A stretch of DNA of 64,000 nucleotides from Methanobacteriota archaeon. Lineage in GTDB: Archaea; Thermoplasmatota; Thermoplasmata; RBG-16-68-12. Shown in pieces: positions 1 to 9,387 of the stretch. The position numbers and the translations under genes are program-made. How positions within the stretch are numbered: position 1 is the stretch's first letter; each line of letters begins with the position of its first letter. The stretch lies in the NCBI GenBank assembly GCA_947084985.1, contig CAMTUI010000023.1:25724-89723 (forward strand), given 5' to 3'. Under the pieces are notes generated by a model that had not been told where the DNA came from, did not search any database, and saw nothing but the letters and a program-made list of their open reading frames with translations.

Positions 1-1
1 C

Positions 2-520
2 GTGCAGATCGACATCGTCCGGAGACGCGCGATCTCCCTCTCCCTTGACACGGGGACCGGGGTCTACGACGGACGCTTCCTGAACTACACGGTCACGATC
101 CGGAACTCCGGGAACGCTCGGGAGACGGTCTACGTCGAGATCACGAATCCGGACGACCTCGCGGCCGCGGGATGGGTCGTTCGACTCGGGAAGCTAGGCG
201 AGGCCGCGACCCTGATCCGCCTCCCGGACATCGCGGTCGAGCCGAACGCGACGGCCCAGGTGCGCCTCCAGGCCCGGACGACGGGCGGCGCGGGCGGCGC
301 GTCCGTCGTATTGGAGACGACAGCCCAGGACGCGCAGGGCGTCACGGCGAACACCGTGTTCACGTTGCGACTGCCGCAACTTGAATCGCCCGGCGGGATC
401 GGCGTCACAGGTCCGAACATCTTTGAGCAGCCGACGCTGAACCAGCCGCTCCTCGCGGTGGTGGTCGGAGCGGCCGTGGCTGTCGCCGTCGGCCTCGCCC
501 TGACCCGGAGGAGGCGCTGA
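2..520 (+). CDS. C-terminal part of a membrane-anchored surface protein (Ig-like/NEW3-type beta domain plus C-terminal TM helix); 5' truncated by window edge
   Basis: YTVTIRNSGNARETVYV beta-sandwich signature; C-terminal hydrophobic helix followed by RRRR. Confidence 0.7.
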   Translation: MQIDIVRRRAISLSLDTGTGVYDGRFLNYTVTIRNSGNARETVYVEITNPDDLAAAGWVVRLGKLGEAATLIRLPDIAVEPNATAQVRLQARTTGGAGGASVVLETTAQDAQGVTANTVFTLRLPQLESPGGIGVTGPNIFEQPTLNQPLLAVVVGAAVAVAVGLALTRRRR

Positions 521-521
521 C

Positions 522-1289
522 ATGGCCCGACTCTTGCCCCTGGTGGCAGTAGCGGTCTTCCTGGCCCTCCTCGTCCCGCTCGCGATCGGATCCGCGGCGG
601 GGCCGCTCTACGCGGAGATCACGGGGCCCGCGGCCCTTGGGCCCGGCCAGTCGGGGTCGTACAACGTCACCTTGCTTGGCGGGCCCGTGGGTGCCGTGAA
701 CTACACGGTCGAGTACTACATCACGGGGACCGACGTCACGGGCGGGCAGCCCCTGCCGACGGCCCCCTCGCGGGCCTCGGGGAACGTGACCCGGATCCGG
801 CTGAACGTCACGGCCCCGCAACGGGAGCAGACGATCACACTCGTCGCGAAGGTCTCCGCGAGCGCAGGGGGGACGACCGAGAACACGACGGTCGAACGAT
901 CGATCGTCGTCGTCACGGCGATCGTCCTGTCCGCCGCGTTCCGCAACGCGGAATCGACCGCCGCGCTGAACGTGACCGTCCGGTTCTATGTGGACGACGC
1001 CCTCGTTGGCACGCAGAAGATCGCGCGTATCGAACCAAACGGGCAGGTCACTGTGACGTTCAACTATCTCCCGGTCGGGTTGCAACCGGGCGGCCATCGC
1101 GTGCGGGTCGAGGCGGACCTCGACGGGAACGGCGTGATCGACCCGGCGAAGGGCGAGGCGTTCGTGTCGGAGATTTTCTATCGCGAGACCGCGCCACTCA
1201 ACACGGGATGGTCTGTGGTGATCGGGATCGCGGTCTTCGTGCCCGTGTTCCTGTTGACGGTCGCCTTGCGACGTCGCGAGCGCGCGTGA
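522..1289 (+). CDS. CARDB-like domain secreted/membrane-anchored protein
   Basis: N-terminal signal peptide, NVTVRFYVDDALVG...GGHRVRVEAD CARDB-like motif, C-terminal TM + RRRER; several N-x-T sequons. Confidence 0.75.
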   Translation: MARLLPLVAVAVFLALLVPLAIGSAAGPLYAEITGPAALGPGQSGSYNVTLLGGPVGAVNYTVEYYITGTDVTGGQPLPTAPSRASGNVTRIRLNVTAPQREQTITLVAKVSASAGGTTENTTVERSIVVVTAIVLSAAFRNAESTAALNVTVRFYVDDALVGTQKIARIEPNGQVTVTFNYLPVGLQPGGHRVRVEADLDGNGVIDPAKGEAFVSEIFYRETAPLNTGWSVVIGIAVFVPVFLLTVALRRRERA

Positions 1290-1901
1290 TCAGGCGGACT
1301 CTAGGAGCCATACATCCGCGTGGTTTCGCAGCAGCATGCCGAGCTTCGTTCTCGTGATCCCGCCGCGCTTCAGCAGGCTCTCGAGCTTCGACTCCTCGGG
1401 CATCTGGACCTCGCCGTCGACCCATGCCGAGGCGACGGGCTCGTACCGCACGGGCTCACGGCCGACGCGCACGCGCGCGGCCGCGGCGTCCCGGAACGTG
1501 TGCAGCACGACGTGGACGGAGGTGACCGCCGCGGGTCGGACCTTGTGGTTGTAGTATGCTGCGACCTCCCGGTGGACCGGGGCGAAGGCGCCGACACGTT
1601 TCGCGTACTCCCGCCAGCCTCGTTCGAACGGGGACCGTGGGGTGGACATGCAATGCTCCGTCACCGGGCGAACCTCCTCGAACGTTGCGAGGATCGAATG
1701 CCCCTCCCGCAAGGCCTCGAGGAACTCATCCCACGTGGCGTACTCCTCGCGGGGCATCGCGTTCGCGAGGTTCTTCGCGAGGGACACGAGGTAGTTGTTC
1801 AGCCCGGAGACGCCCACCTTCGTCGCGATGTCCTCGAGGAAGAGGTGCGTCGCAATCTCGACGAACGGGTTGCTCTCGGGGATCCGCGTCTCCGCCGCCA
1901 T
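1290..1901 (-). CDS. Hypothetical protein, 203 aa (MAAETRIPESNP...), Cys-poor paralog of the adjacent upstream gene; V4R-like fold suspected
   Basis: ATG at 1901 overlaps the stop of 1901..2521; aligns by eye along its length with the 206-aa neighbour. Confidence 0.8.
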   Translation of the reverse strand: MAAETRIPESNPFVEIATHLFLEDIATKVGVSGLNNYLVSLAKNLANAMPREEYATWDEFLEALREGHSILATFEEVRPVTEHCMSTPRSPFERGWREYAKRVGAFAPVHREVAAYYNHKVRPAAVTSVHVVLHTFRDAAAARVRVGREPVRYEPVASAWVDGEVQMPEESKLESLLKRGGITRTKLGMLLRNHADVWLLESA

Positions 1902-2521
1902 CAGCGCTCTCCCTTGATCCGAGCGCCGCGCATCACGAGGGCGTACACGCATTCGTAGTTCCGCAGGAGCGCCCGCATGTGCTCCTCGTTGATGTTGACC
2001 TGCGCGACGTTCTTGGAGGAGATCTTCGCCTCGCCGCTCCAACCCCGGGTCGCGAGGAGGAAGCAGACGAGCGAGTTGCCGGAGACCGTGATGTTCTTCG
2101 CGATCTCCTCCCGGAACCTCTCGTGGAAGACGCAGAAGTTGCAGACGGCGATGTTGTGGACGTTCTTGTTGTACTCGTCCGTCACGATCTTGTCCGCAGG
2201 ACTCATCCGGCCGACCGCGAAGCGCGTGCGGAAGATCGTGGGCACGTAGCAGCACTGCCGCATCGCGTACAGGTAGCCGACGACGTCTCCGTCGACGTCC
2301 GTGATCGCCATGTCCGTGAGCGGCGTGACCTCCCCCTCGATGCTGAACGCGGTTCGGCTCTCCCGCACGGCGACGTTGAAGGACGTCCAACCGAGGTAGG
2401 CCTCCTTGCCCATCCGGCTCGCGAGGTTGTCCCCGACCCGTTGCCAGAACTCCACGACCCCGTCGGGCCCGGCCTTCTCGATCATGTCCTCGATCAGGGA
2501 GGCGAGGGCGACGTCGATCAT
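1901..2521 (-). CDS. Hypothetical Cys-rich protein, 206 aa; V4R-like ligand/metal-binding fold suspected
   Basis: Helical N-terminus, then RQCCYVP, VCNFCVFH and YECVY motifs; typical codon usage; in operon with KaiC and Roadblock genes. Confidence 0.8.
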   Translation of the reverse strand: MIDVALASLIEDMIEKAGPDGVVEFWQRVGDNLASRMGKEAYLGWTSFNVAVRESRTAFSIEGEVTPLTDMAITDVDGDVVGYLYAMRQCCYVPTIFRTRFAVGRMSPADKIVTDEYNKNVHNIAVCNFCVFHERFREEIAKNITVSGNSLVCFLLATRGWSGEAKISSKNVAQVNINEEHMRALLRNYECVYALVMRGARIKGER

Positions 2522-2546
2522 GTGAGGGGACCTCGGGCCATGGGCA

Positions 2547-3335
2547 TCACACGAACGACGTGAGGACGGTTTTCATGTGCGTCCGCCATTCTCGGTCCGC
2601 CTTCTCGGCGACCGCGTCGCCTTCCAGGACGCGCAGCTTCTCGATGCAGAGGGAGACGAACCGATCCCAGTGAGCGGCCGTCATGTAGGGCGCCTTCGTC
2701 CCGACCTCGTTGTACGCCATCGTGACGATCTCTTCGACCTGCCCGGGCCCGAGGAGGGCGGAGAGCTTCGACACGATGTACCCTGCGATCTCCTTGTTCT
2801 TCCGGAACTCCTTCGTCTCCCCGAACTTCTCGACGAACAGGATACGGGTGAGCCGCTTCAGTTCGCCCGCGACGGCCTCGTCATAGGAGGCGAGGACCTC
2901 CGGTGTGATGGGTTTCGATTCGAACAGGTGCCGCACGACGATCGACGTCTTCACGACATTCGACAGGACGCCTTGCATCTTCGTGATCTCGACGGGCTTC
3001 GTCGTCAGGAAGACGAGGAACGCGCGGTCCCCGACGCCGGAGATGACCATCGTGCCCGCCTCGAACTGCTGGACGGACATCATCATGTTCTGCCCGCTCA
3101 GCTGGTTGCAGATGTGCGCGAGGTTCCGCTTCATCAGGTTGAGGAGGCGGTATTCGCGGGGATCGAGCTGATTCGGAATCGAGGACGCGAAGATCCGCCC
3201 GTCGACGCCGAGGAACATCGCGATGCCCAGGTCGTTCTCCTCCCGCGCACGGCCGAGCTCCGTCTCGAGGAGATGCTTGAGATGGCCGACCGTGGCGGCC
3301 CCCATCGTCTTGTCGACCTGGCCCGCGTAGGGCAT
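2547..3335 (-). CDS. Roadblock/LC7 domain protein with C-terminal helical extension
   Basis: GIAMFLGVDGRIFASSIP...QQFEAGTMVISGVGDRAFLVFLT Roadblock pattern. Confidence 0.75.
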   Translation of the reverse strand: MPYAGQVDKTMGAATVGHLKHLLETELGRAREENDLGIAMFLGVDGRIFASSIPNQLDPREYRLLNLMKRNLAHICNQLSGQNMMMSVQQFEAGTMVISGVGDRAFLVFLTTKPVEITKMQGVLSNVVKTSIVVRHLFESKPITPEVLASYDEAVAGELKRLTRILFVEKFGETKEFRKNKEIAGYIVSKLSALLGPGQVEEIVTMAYNEVGTKAPYMTAAHWDRFVSLCIEKLRVLEGDAVAEKADREWRTHMKTVLTSFV

Positions 3336-4226
3336 CTAGCCGCCCCGCTTCAGTCCGTACGAGTGGAAGATGATCTGGAGGGCTTCTTCCGGGGAGTAGT
3401 CGTAGTCCCAATGCTTCTGCATCCGCCTGATCCGCTCGATGATGCGGGGCGGCGCCTTCATCGCCTCCGCCGTCTTGATCGCTTCCTCGAAGACTTTCGC
3501 GTGGCTGCGCGTCTGTTCCTCCGGCAACGTCGCGGGGCTCGCCCGTACGACGATCCCGACGCCACGGGCGAAGAGGTACGGATACACGCCTTCCCCGTGG
3601 TGGACCGCGCGCATCTTCAGGAGCTTCAGGGTGCGGTTGAACGCCCCGCCGATTGGATAGTACTCCAAGTGGATCGCGCCGTCAGACAGGTAGATCGGCA
3701 GGAGGACATCCTCGCCGATCGTCTCGCCGGGACGGGCGTGCTCTTCGACCGTGCAGAGGACGACGCCGAGTTCCTTGAGCGTGTAGAACAGCTTGCCGAT
3801 CAGCTCGCGCTGCTCGAGCTTCTCCGCGGTGGCCCAGATGACCGGGGTCATCGGATCGATCACCACGCGAGTCGGGATGTTGTAGTCCGCGCGCGCCTTG
3901 ACGAGCTGAGGCAGCTGCTCCTCGATCATCTTCTTGAAGTTGCGGCCCTTGAGATGGATGAAGAAGAGGCTCTTCTCGTAGTACTTGCGCATGTCGAGGC
4001 CCATGAGGTCCGCCTCGCGCATGATCTGCTCCGGCGCCTCCTCAAGGGTCACGTAGAGGGCCTGCTCCCCGTTCTCGATGCCCTCCATGAGGAATTGGAT
4101 CGCGAAGGTCGACTTCCCGGTACCACTCGACCCGAGGATGACCACCGTGGACTTCGGCCAGAAGCCGCCTTCGATCAGGTCGTCGAGTCCAGGGATCCCG
4201 CTCGGCACTCTCTGTATGTCGGCCAT
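3336..4226 (-). CDS. KaiC/RAD55 family single-domain ATPase
   Basis: RVPSGIPGLDDLIEGG, Walker A GSSGTGKS, YVTLEE, LLKMR arginine-finger motif; extra ~55-aa C-terminal tail. Confidence 0.9.
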   Translation of the reverse strand: MADIQRVPSGIPGLDDLIEGGFWPKSTVVILGSSGTGKSTFAIQFLMEGIENGEQALYVTLEEAPEQIMREADLMGLDMRKYYEKSLFFIHLKGRNFKKMIEEQLPQLVKARADYNIPTRVVIDPMTPVIWATAEKLEQRELIGKLFYTLKELGVVLCTVEEHARPGETIGEDVLLPIYLSDGAIHLEYYPIGGAFNRTLKLLKMRAVHHGEGVYPYLFARGVGIVVRASPATLPEEQTRSHAKVFEEAIKTAEAMKAPPRIIERIRRMQKHWDYDYSPEEALQIIFHSYGLKRGG

Positions 4227-4355
4227 GGTCGTGCGCCCCTTCCCGAGGCCTGCATCACATGGACGGCGAGGCCTCGCTCTGGGTGGATTACGCGATTCGA
4301 TGCCTGCGGCTTTTTAAGTGAGTTCCGACCTGGGAATCTACCCTGATAACGACCC

Positions 4356-4973
4356 TCAGAGTTTCTCGCGGACCGCGTCGAGCTTGTCCGCGAGTTCCTG
4401 GCTGCGGGCGGCGACGGCGACCTCGCCGCGCGTCTTCTCGATCAGGCTCCGCGCGACGTCCTGCTTCCGCTTCAAGGCCACGAGCGCGGTCGGGTAATCG
4501 AACCGCATGAGTGCGTCGAGGATCCGCTCCATCTTCTCGAGGAACGCGGAGGCCGGGTGGATCTCCCCGCGCCGAAGGTGCTCGAGCGCAAGGCGTCGCA
4601 GCTCGCCGACGACGTCCCCGAGGCCCAGGAGGTACGCGGTGTCCGTGACGCCGAGTTCCTTCGGGCTGGGGAGTGGTTCCGCCTCGATGATCGCGTGGAC
4701 GAGGAAGGCCTCGCACGCCTCCTGCATCGCGTTCTCGACAATCCCTGCGTGGAACAGGTCCGGATGGTCTTCGAGGAGGCTCTTCAGCTTCAGGACCTCC
4801 TCGCGGGTCTCGTGCAACTGCGTGCTGACATCTGCGCCGCGATGGAGCGCTTGAATCACGCTGCCGCTCAGGCGCGCGATCGTCCGGGACGACTTGATCG
4901 TGAGTTCGCGGACCTCGTCCTTCTCGTCGAGGCGGGACTCGATCTCGCCGATCACGTCGTCCAGGTTCTTCAC
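4356..4973 (-). CDS. Translin family protein
   Basis: KDEVRELTIKSSR, QEACEA, YLLGLGDVVGELRR, KRKQDVARSLIEKT; GTG start inferred. Confidence 0.85.
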   Translation of the reverse strand: MKNLDDVIGEIESRLDEKDEVRELTIKSSRTIARLSGSVIQALHRGADVSTQLHETREEVLKLKSLLEDHPDLFHAGIVENAMQEACEAFLVHAIIEAEPLPSPKELGVTDTAYLLGLGDVVGELRRLALEHLRRGEIHPASAFLEKMERILDALMRFDYPTALVALKRKQDVARSLIEKTRGEVAVAARSQELADKLDAVREKL

Positions 4974-5049
4974 GTCGCGCGGATGGACGACCGTGTTATT
5001 TGAGGGTTGGCCCGCAGGCCACGCAGACCGATGTACATCGAGCGATGCG

Positions 5050-6375
5050 TCAGCGACCCGCTCGAATGGCCCGCATCCGCTCGACCTTCGCCTGGACGGA
5101 CACCGGCTTGCCGATGTCCCGTCGCGCGTAGTAGCTCCCGGACACGAAGGCGAGCGCCTCCTCGGACAAGGACTCCGCGTCGCCGAGATTCGCCGCAACG
5201 CCGACGACTGCGAGGGCCCGGGACGTCGTCGTGTAGAGGTGGCCGGCCTTCTCGTCGACGCTCGCGTAGTAGAGCTTCGCCCCCGCTCGGCGGATACTCT
5301 CCTCGTCCACCTTGATCAGCTCGCCGGCCTTTGGATGCGTGCCGTATCCTGCGGGCACGATGTACTTGCAGACGGTGGCCATGCGCGCGAACCGTGCGCT
5401 CCCGGGCAACCGTCCTTCCGAGAGCCGGACACAGATGTCCAGGAAATCGTCTTCGAGGATCGGGAGGACGTTCATCGATTCCGGGTCCGCGAAGCGCACG
5501 TTGTACTCGAGGAGCTTTGGCCCGTCTTTGGTCGCCATGAAGCCGCCGTAGAGGATGCCTTTGAACGGCGTGCCGCGCGCCGCCATCGCCTCGACGGTCT
5601 TCGTCATCGTCTCGAGCGCGCGGCCGTGGTCCTCCGCCGTCACGAAGGGTAGCCGTCCGTCCGCGTCGCTGTACGACCCCATGCCGCCCGTGTTCGGTCC
5701 CTTGTCCCCCTCGTACGCGCGCTTGTGGTCCTGCGCGAGCGGCATGGGCACGAGCCGCGTCCCGTCACAGAAGGCCTGCAGCGAGAACTCCTCGCCGACG
5801 AGCTTCTCCTCGACGAGGAAGCGGGCGATGCCGCCGATGTTCTTCTCGAGGATTTCGCGGCCATACGCGAGGGCTTGCGGTTTCGACGCGAAGTGGTCGC
5901 CCCAGACCTTCACCCCCTTCCCGGCGGTCAGGCCGAGCGGCTTGATCACGAACTCGAAATCGGAATCGTTCACGAATTCCTCGAAGGCGCCGAGGTGGTC
6001 GAAGGCCCAGTATTGCGGCAGCCCGGGAATCCCGTGGTCCCGCATGAGCTCCCGGGTGAACTCCTTGTTTGTCTCGAGCTGGGCGGCGTCGCGGTTCGGG
6101 CCGACGCAGGGGATGCCTGCGGCCTCCAGCCCGTCGACGATGCCTGCGGCGAGCGGGGCCTCGGGACCGATGACCGCGAGCTCGACGCCGCGGGCCTTCG
6201 CCCACTCCGCGATGCGTTCGACGGAGGACACGTCGCCCAGGAGGACGTCTTGCGCGGCGCGGCGGATTCCGGGGTTCTGGTTCGCCATCGCCGCGTACAA
6301 CTCGGCGCGACTGCGCCGGAGCGCCTCGACGATCGCGTGCTCGCGTCCTCCTCCTCCCACGACGAGGACCCGCAT
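5050..6375 (-). CDS. purD: Phosphoribosylamine--glycine ligase
   Basis: MRVLVVGGGGREHA, IGPEAPL, GKGV, QDHKRAYEGDKGPNTGGMGSY, EYNVRFADPE. Confidence 0.97.
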   Translation of the reverse strand: MRVLVVGGGGREHAIVEALRRSRAELYAAMANQNPGIRRAAQDVLLGDVSSVERIAEWAKARGVELAVIGPEAPLAAGIVDGLEAAGIPCVGPNRDAAQLETNKEFTRELMRDHGIPGLPQYWAFDHLGAFEEFVNDSDFEFVIKPLGLTAGKGVKVWGDHFASKPQALAYGREILEKNIGGIARFLVEEKLVGEEFSLQAFCDGTRLVPMPLAQDHKRAYEGDKGPNTGGMGSYSDADGRLPFVTAEDHGRALETMTKTVEAMAARGTPFKGILYGGFMATKDGPKLLEYNVRFADPESMNVLPILEDDFLDICVRLSEGRLPGSARFARMATVCKYIVPAGYGTHPKAGELIKVDEESIRRAGAKLYYASVDEKAGHLYTTTSRALAVVGVAANLGDAESLSEEALAFVSGSYYARRDIGKPVSVQAKVERMRAIRAGR

Positions 6376-6487
6376 GGACCGCCCCGCGGTCGCAATCACG
6401 ACGTGCGTTAAAGTGATTTGCTCGCGTGGACGAGCGCACCGACGCTTGTTTCCGGTCTCGTGGAATGACGCCTCTGCAGCCGCAATA

Positions 6488-6524
6488 CGGAGGAGGGCCG
6501 CCGGCACGGCGGCCCTGACCTCCG
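6488..6524. terminator. GC-rich hairpin between folD and purD (possible terminator or processing structure)
   Basis: CGGAGG-AGGGCCGCC / GGCGGCCCT-(GA)-CCTCCG inverted repeat with 5-nt loop. Confidence 0.4.
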
Positions 6525-6545
6525 CCGGACTCTTCCCTTCTGCGA

Positions 6546-7430
6546 CTAAAGAGCGCCCGACGCCTCGGCCGCATGCACCGTATTGGAGAGGAGCATCGCG
6601 ATCGTCATCGGGCCCACGCCGCCTGGGACCGGCGTGATGGCCCGAGCGACCTCACTCACCTCGGAGAACTTCACGTCTCCCGCGGTCCGGAAGCCCTGCG
6701 TCTTCGATGGGTCCGGGACGCGGTTGATCCCGACGTCGATCACGACCGCCCCGGGCCTCACCATGCTGGCGGTGACGAACTCCGGCTGGCCCATCGCGGC
6801 CACGAGGATGTCGCCCGTCCTGGCGACGGCGGGCAGATCGCGCGTCGCGGAATGGCACACGGTCACGGTCGCGTTTGCGCCCTTCGCCTTCTGCATCAGG
6901 AGGGCCGCGAGCGGCTTCCCGACGATGTTGCTCCGGCCGAGGATCACGACGTGCTTCCCGCCCGGGTCGTTCCCGCTCCGCACGAGGAGCTCGACCACGC
7001 CTGCGGGCGTCGCGGGCGCAAAGCGTGGCCTGCCAATCAGCACGAGCCCGACGTTCTCGGGATGGAAACAGTCCACGTCCTTCGACGGCGTCACGGCGGA
7101 GATCGCGGTCGCGACGCGGATCTGAGATGGCAGCGGCTGCTGGACCAGGATACCATGGACCTTCGGATCGCGGTTGAGCCGATCCAGTTCCTCGAGGAGC
7201 CGCGATTCGGACACGTCGGCGGGGAGCTCGACCGTCCAATGGGCCATGCCCATCTCCTCGCATGCCTTCCCCTTCATCTTCACGTACAGCCGCGAGGCCG
7301 GGTTGTCCCCCGCGAGGATCGCCGCGAGGCCCGGCACGACGCCGCGCGCCGCGAGCGCCGCAAGCCGGGGCTTGAGCTCCGACCGGATGTCGTCGGCAAT
7401 CTTCTTGCCGTCGATCACCTCGGCGACCAA
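6546..7430 (-). CDS. folD: Bifunctional methylenetetrahydrofolate dehydrogenase/cyclohydrolase
   Basis: HGILVQQPLP, KDVDCFHPEN, GRSNIVGKP, ITPVPGGVGPMTIAML. Confidence 0.97.
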   Translation of the reverse strand: MVAEVIDGKKIADDIRSELKPRLAALAARGVVPGLAAILAGDNPASRLYVKMKGKACEEMGMAHWTVELPADVSESRLLEELDRLNRDPKVHGILVQQPLPSQIRVATAISAVTPSKDVDCFHPENVGLVLIGRPRFAPATPAGVVELLVRSGNDPGGKHVVILGRSNIVGKPLAALLMQKAKGANATVTVCHSATRDLPAVARTGDILVAAMGQPEFVTASMVRPGAVVIDVGINRVPDPSKTQGFRTAGDVKFSEVSEVARAITPVPGGVGPMTIAMLLSNTVHAAEASGAL

Positions 7431-7482
7431 CGCAGCACCCGCGGCGGGTAATGGTCCGCCACGTATAGCCTTTGACGGAGCG

Positions 7483-7500
7483 TGTCGGACGCGTCCGACA
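7483..7500. promoter_or_regulatory. Perfect 18-bp palindrome in the divergent folD / HTH-regulator intergenic region
   Basis: TGTCGGACGCGTCCGACA is its own reverse complement. Confidence 0.45.
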
Positions 7501-7608
7501 AGGCCATACGGCGTGCGACCGGAACGGGCCGTTTCGCGTCAGACAGCCCGCGCGCCATTCTCAGAAACAAAAACACTTAAGACGGGTCACGAGCTTAGCC
7601 CCTTCGGG

Positions 7609-8136
7609 ATGCACTCAAACGATTGGTCTCGCCTGCTTACCGAACGGCAGCGGGAGGTCCTGTCGATCGTTGTGGAGAACAAGGTCTACCGGAACCGGGA
7701 TTCGAAGATCTCGGAGCTCGCGGCCCAGATGGGGATCGCGCCCGCCGCGGTCGCAAAGCACCTACTCGAGATTGAGAAGACGGCGTTGCTGAACGTCGTC
7801 GTGACGCCGTCCGAACAGGGGAAGCGCGCGTACGAGCGGATGTCCCTCGAGCCGCGACCCACGCGCAAGCAGACGTCTGAGGTCCTCGAACGGGAGAAGC
7901 TCGGAATCCTCGAGTTCTTGCGGCACCACCCGGACGCGAGCGCGACGGAGATCGCGGAAGAACTCGACCTGTCGGAATACACAACGGTGAACAGCCTGCG
8001 TGTGCTGACCGCCGTGCAACTCGTCACGAAGCAGCGGGGTCCCGCGATGCGGCGAGGCGTGCCTCCATACGTGTATCGACCGACACCCCACGGCCGGGAC
8101 CTCCTCGACCGGTTCCTCATCGTCCCGAAGGCATAA
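7609..8136 (+). CDS. Double-HTH transcriptional regulator (Bat/HTH_10-like N-terminal domain plus C-terminal winged HTH)
   Basis: LTERQREVL...ISELAAQMGIAPAAVAKHLLEIEK and ASATEIAEELDLSEYTTVNSLRVL; CTTAAG box ~28 nt upstream. Confidence 0.8.
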   Translation: MHSNDWSRLLTERQREVLSIVVENKVYRNRDSKISELAAQMGIAPAAVAKHLLEIEKTALLNVVVTPSEQGKRAYERMSLEPRPTRKQTSEVLEREKLGILEFLRHHPDASATEIAEELDLSEYTTVNSLRVLTAVQLVTKQRGPAMRRGVPPYVYRPTPHGRDLLDRFLIVPKA

Positions 8137-8171
8137 GGCCGAAATAGGGAGGGACCCCTCTCCCGCACGGA

Positions 8172-9323
8172 TTGTTCGACGCCGCCATTGTCGGGGCAGG
8201 GCCCGCGGGGGGAATGGCCGCGCGTCAGCTTTCGGCCTCGGGCTTCCGCACGATCATCGTGGACAAGAAGAAGGTCATCGGCGAGCCCGTGCAGTGCGCG
8301 GAAGGCGTGAGCGAGTTCGGCCTCGCGTCGAACGGTCTCCGGGCGGACGATGAGTGGGCCGTCCAGCGCGTGGCGGGCGCGAAGTGCATCGTACCGGACG
8401 GACACTGGTTCTATATCACACGTCTCCCGGGGTACGCGATCGACCGTCCGGCGTTCGATCGATGGATCGTGCAGGCCGCCGTGGACGACGGCGCCGTGCT
8501 CCGCACGTCAACTCGAATCACCGGAATCTCTCGACATGAATCCGGATGGCGGCTTCATGCGAACGGGGATTCCATCGACGCTCGCGTCGTCGTGGCGGCG
8601 GACGGTCCGCCGAGCCTCCTCGCGCGCCAGGTGGGCCTCGTACGGAGCCTCGAGCGAATCGTCGCGTACGAATACCGATTCCGGACCTCGGATGTGCCCG
8701 ATCTCGATCGGGATTTCTTCCGGCTCTACATCAGCGAATCGTACGACGGCGGATACGCGTGGATCTTCCCAAAGGGCGATGCCGTGAATGTGGGCGTGGG
8801 AGGTCACATCGATGCCCACGCGGCGACGGCGGCCTTCTGCCGCCTGAAAGGTATCGACATGGACCGGCGGATGCAGGTCATCGCCGGCTCCATCCCATAC
8901 CGCTACGATCTCTCAGCCTTCGCAATCCCCGGGTTCGCGGTCGCCGGCGACGCGGCCGGCATCACGAACCCGATGAACGGCGCCGGAATCCATCCGGGAG
9001 TCTTCAGCGGGCGTCTCGCCGGCGAGTTCGCCGCGGTCGCGTTGGGTTCCGACGACCTGACGTCGATGGTGGGATACGACCGGGCCATCCGGAATTCCCC
9101 GTTCCTCAATCCGCTCCTGGGGTGGATGATCGGACGCGTGCGCCGCTGGACGAATCGCTTCATGAACGAGGTCGGCGCAGAGCTCCACGAACGCGAATGG
9201 CGAGCCGTGGACGTGCGGATGGCCTTGTCCGTCCTGGGCCGTAAGCCGTGGTTCGCCCTGCACGCACGAGAATTGTATCGGATGATTCGCGCGCTCGAGC
9301 TGTGCGATCGCTACGGATGGTAA
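8172..9323 (+). CDS. Geranylgeranyl reductase family FAD oxidoreductase
   Basis: IVGAGPAG, PVQCAEG, IDRPAFD, GYAWIFPKG, AGDAAG..NP..GAGI. Confidence 0.9.
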   Translation: MFDAAIVGAGPAGGMAARQLSASGFRTIIVDKKKVIGEPVQCAEGVSEFGLASNGLRADDEWAVQRVAGAKCIVPDGHWFYITRLPGYAIDRPAFDRWIVQAAVDDGAVLRTSTRITGISRHESGWRLHANGDSIDARVVVAADGPPSLLARQVGLVRSLERIVAYEYRFRTSDVPDLDRDFFRLYISESYDGGYAWIFPKGDAVNVGVGGHIDAHAATAAFCRLKGIDMDRRMQVIAGSIPYRYDLSAFAIPGFAVAGDAAGITNPMNGAGIHPGVFSGRLAGEFAAVALGSDDLTSMVGYDRAIRNSPFLNPLLGWMIGRVRRWTNRFMNEVGAELHEREWRAVDVRMALSVLGRKPWFALHARELYRMIRALELCDRYGW

Positions 9324-9387
9324 GCGAAAAATATCTTTCGCGCGCGGACCGAAGGCTACATACGATTCCCCGGCATCCCCCGCCGCA

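Noticed and set aside
2518..2547. 9-codon ORF MPMARGPLT bridging the Roadblock gene and the next gene
   Set aside because: Too short to support; it may arise by chance around the GAGGT ribosome-binding site
6376..6545. ZMP/ZTP or purine riboswitch upstream of purD
   Set aside because: No recognisable consensus, only a simple GC hairpin; a covariance search would be needed to exclude it formally
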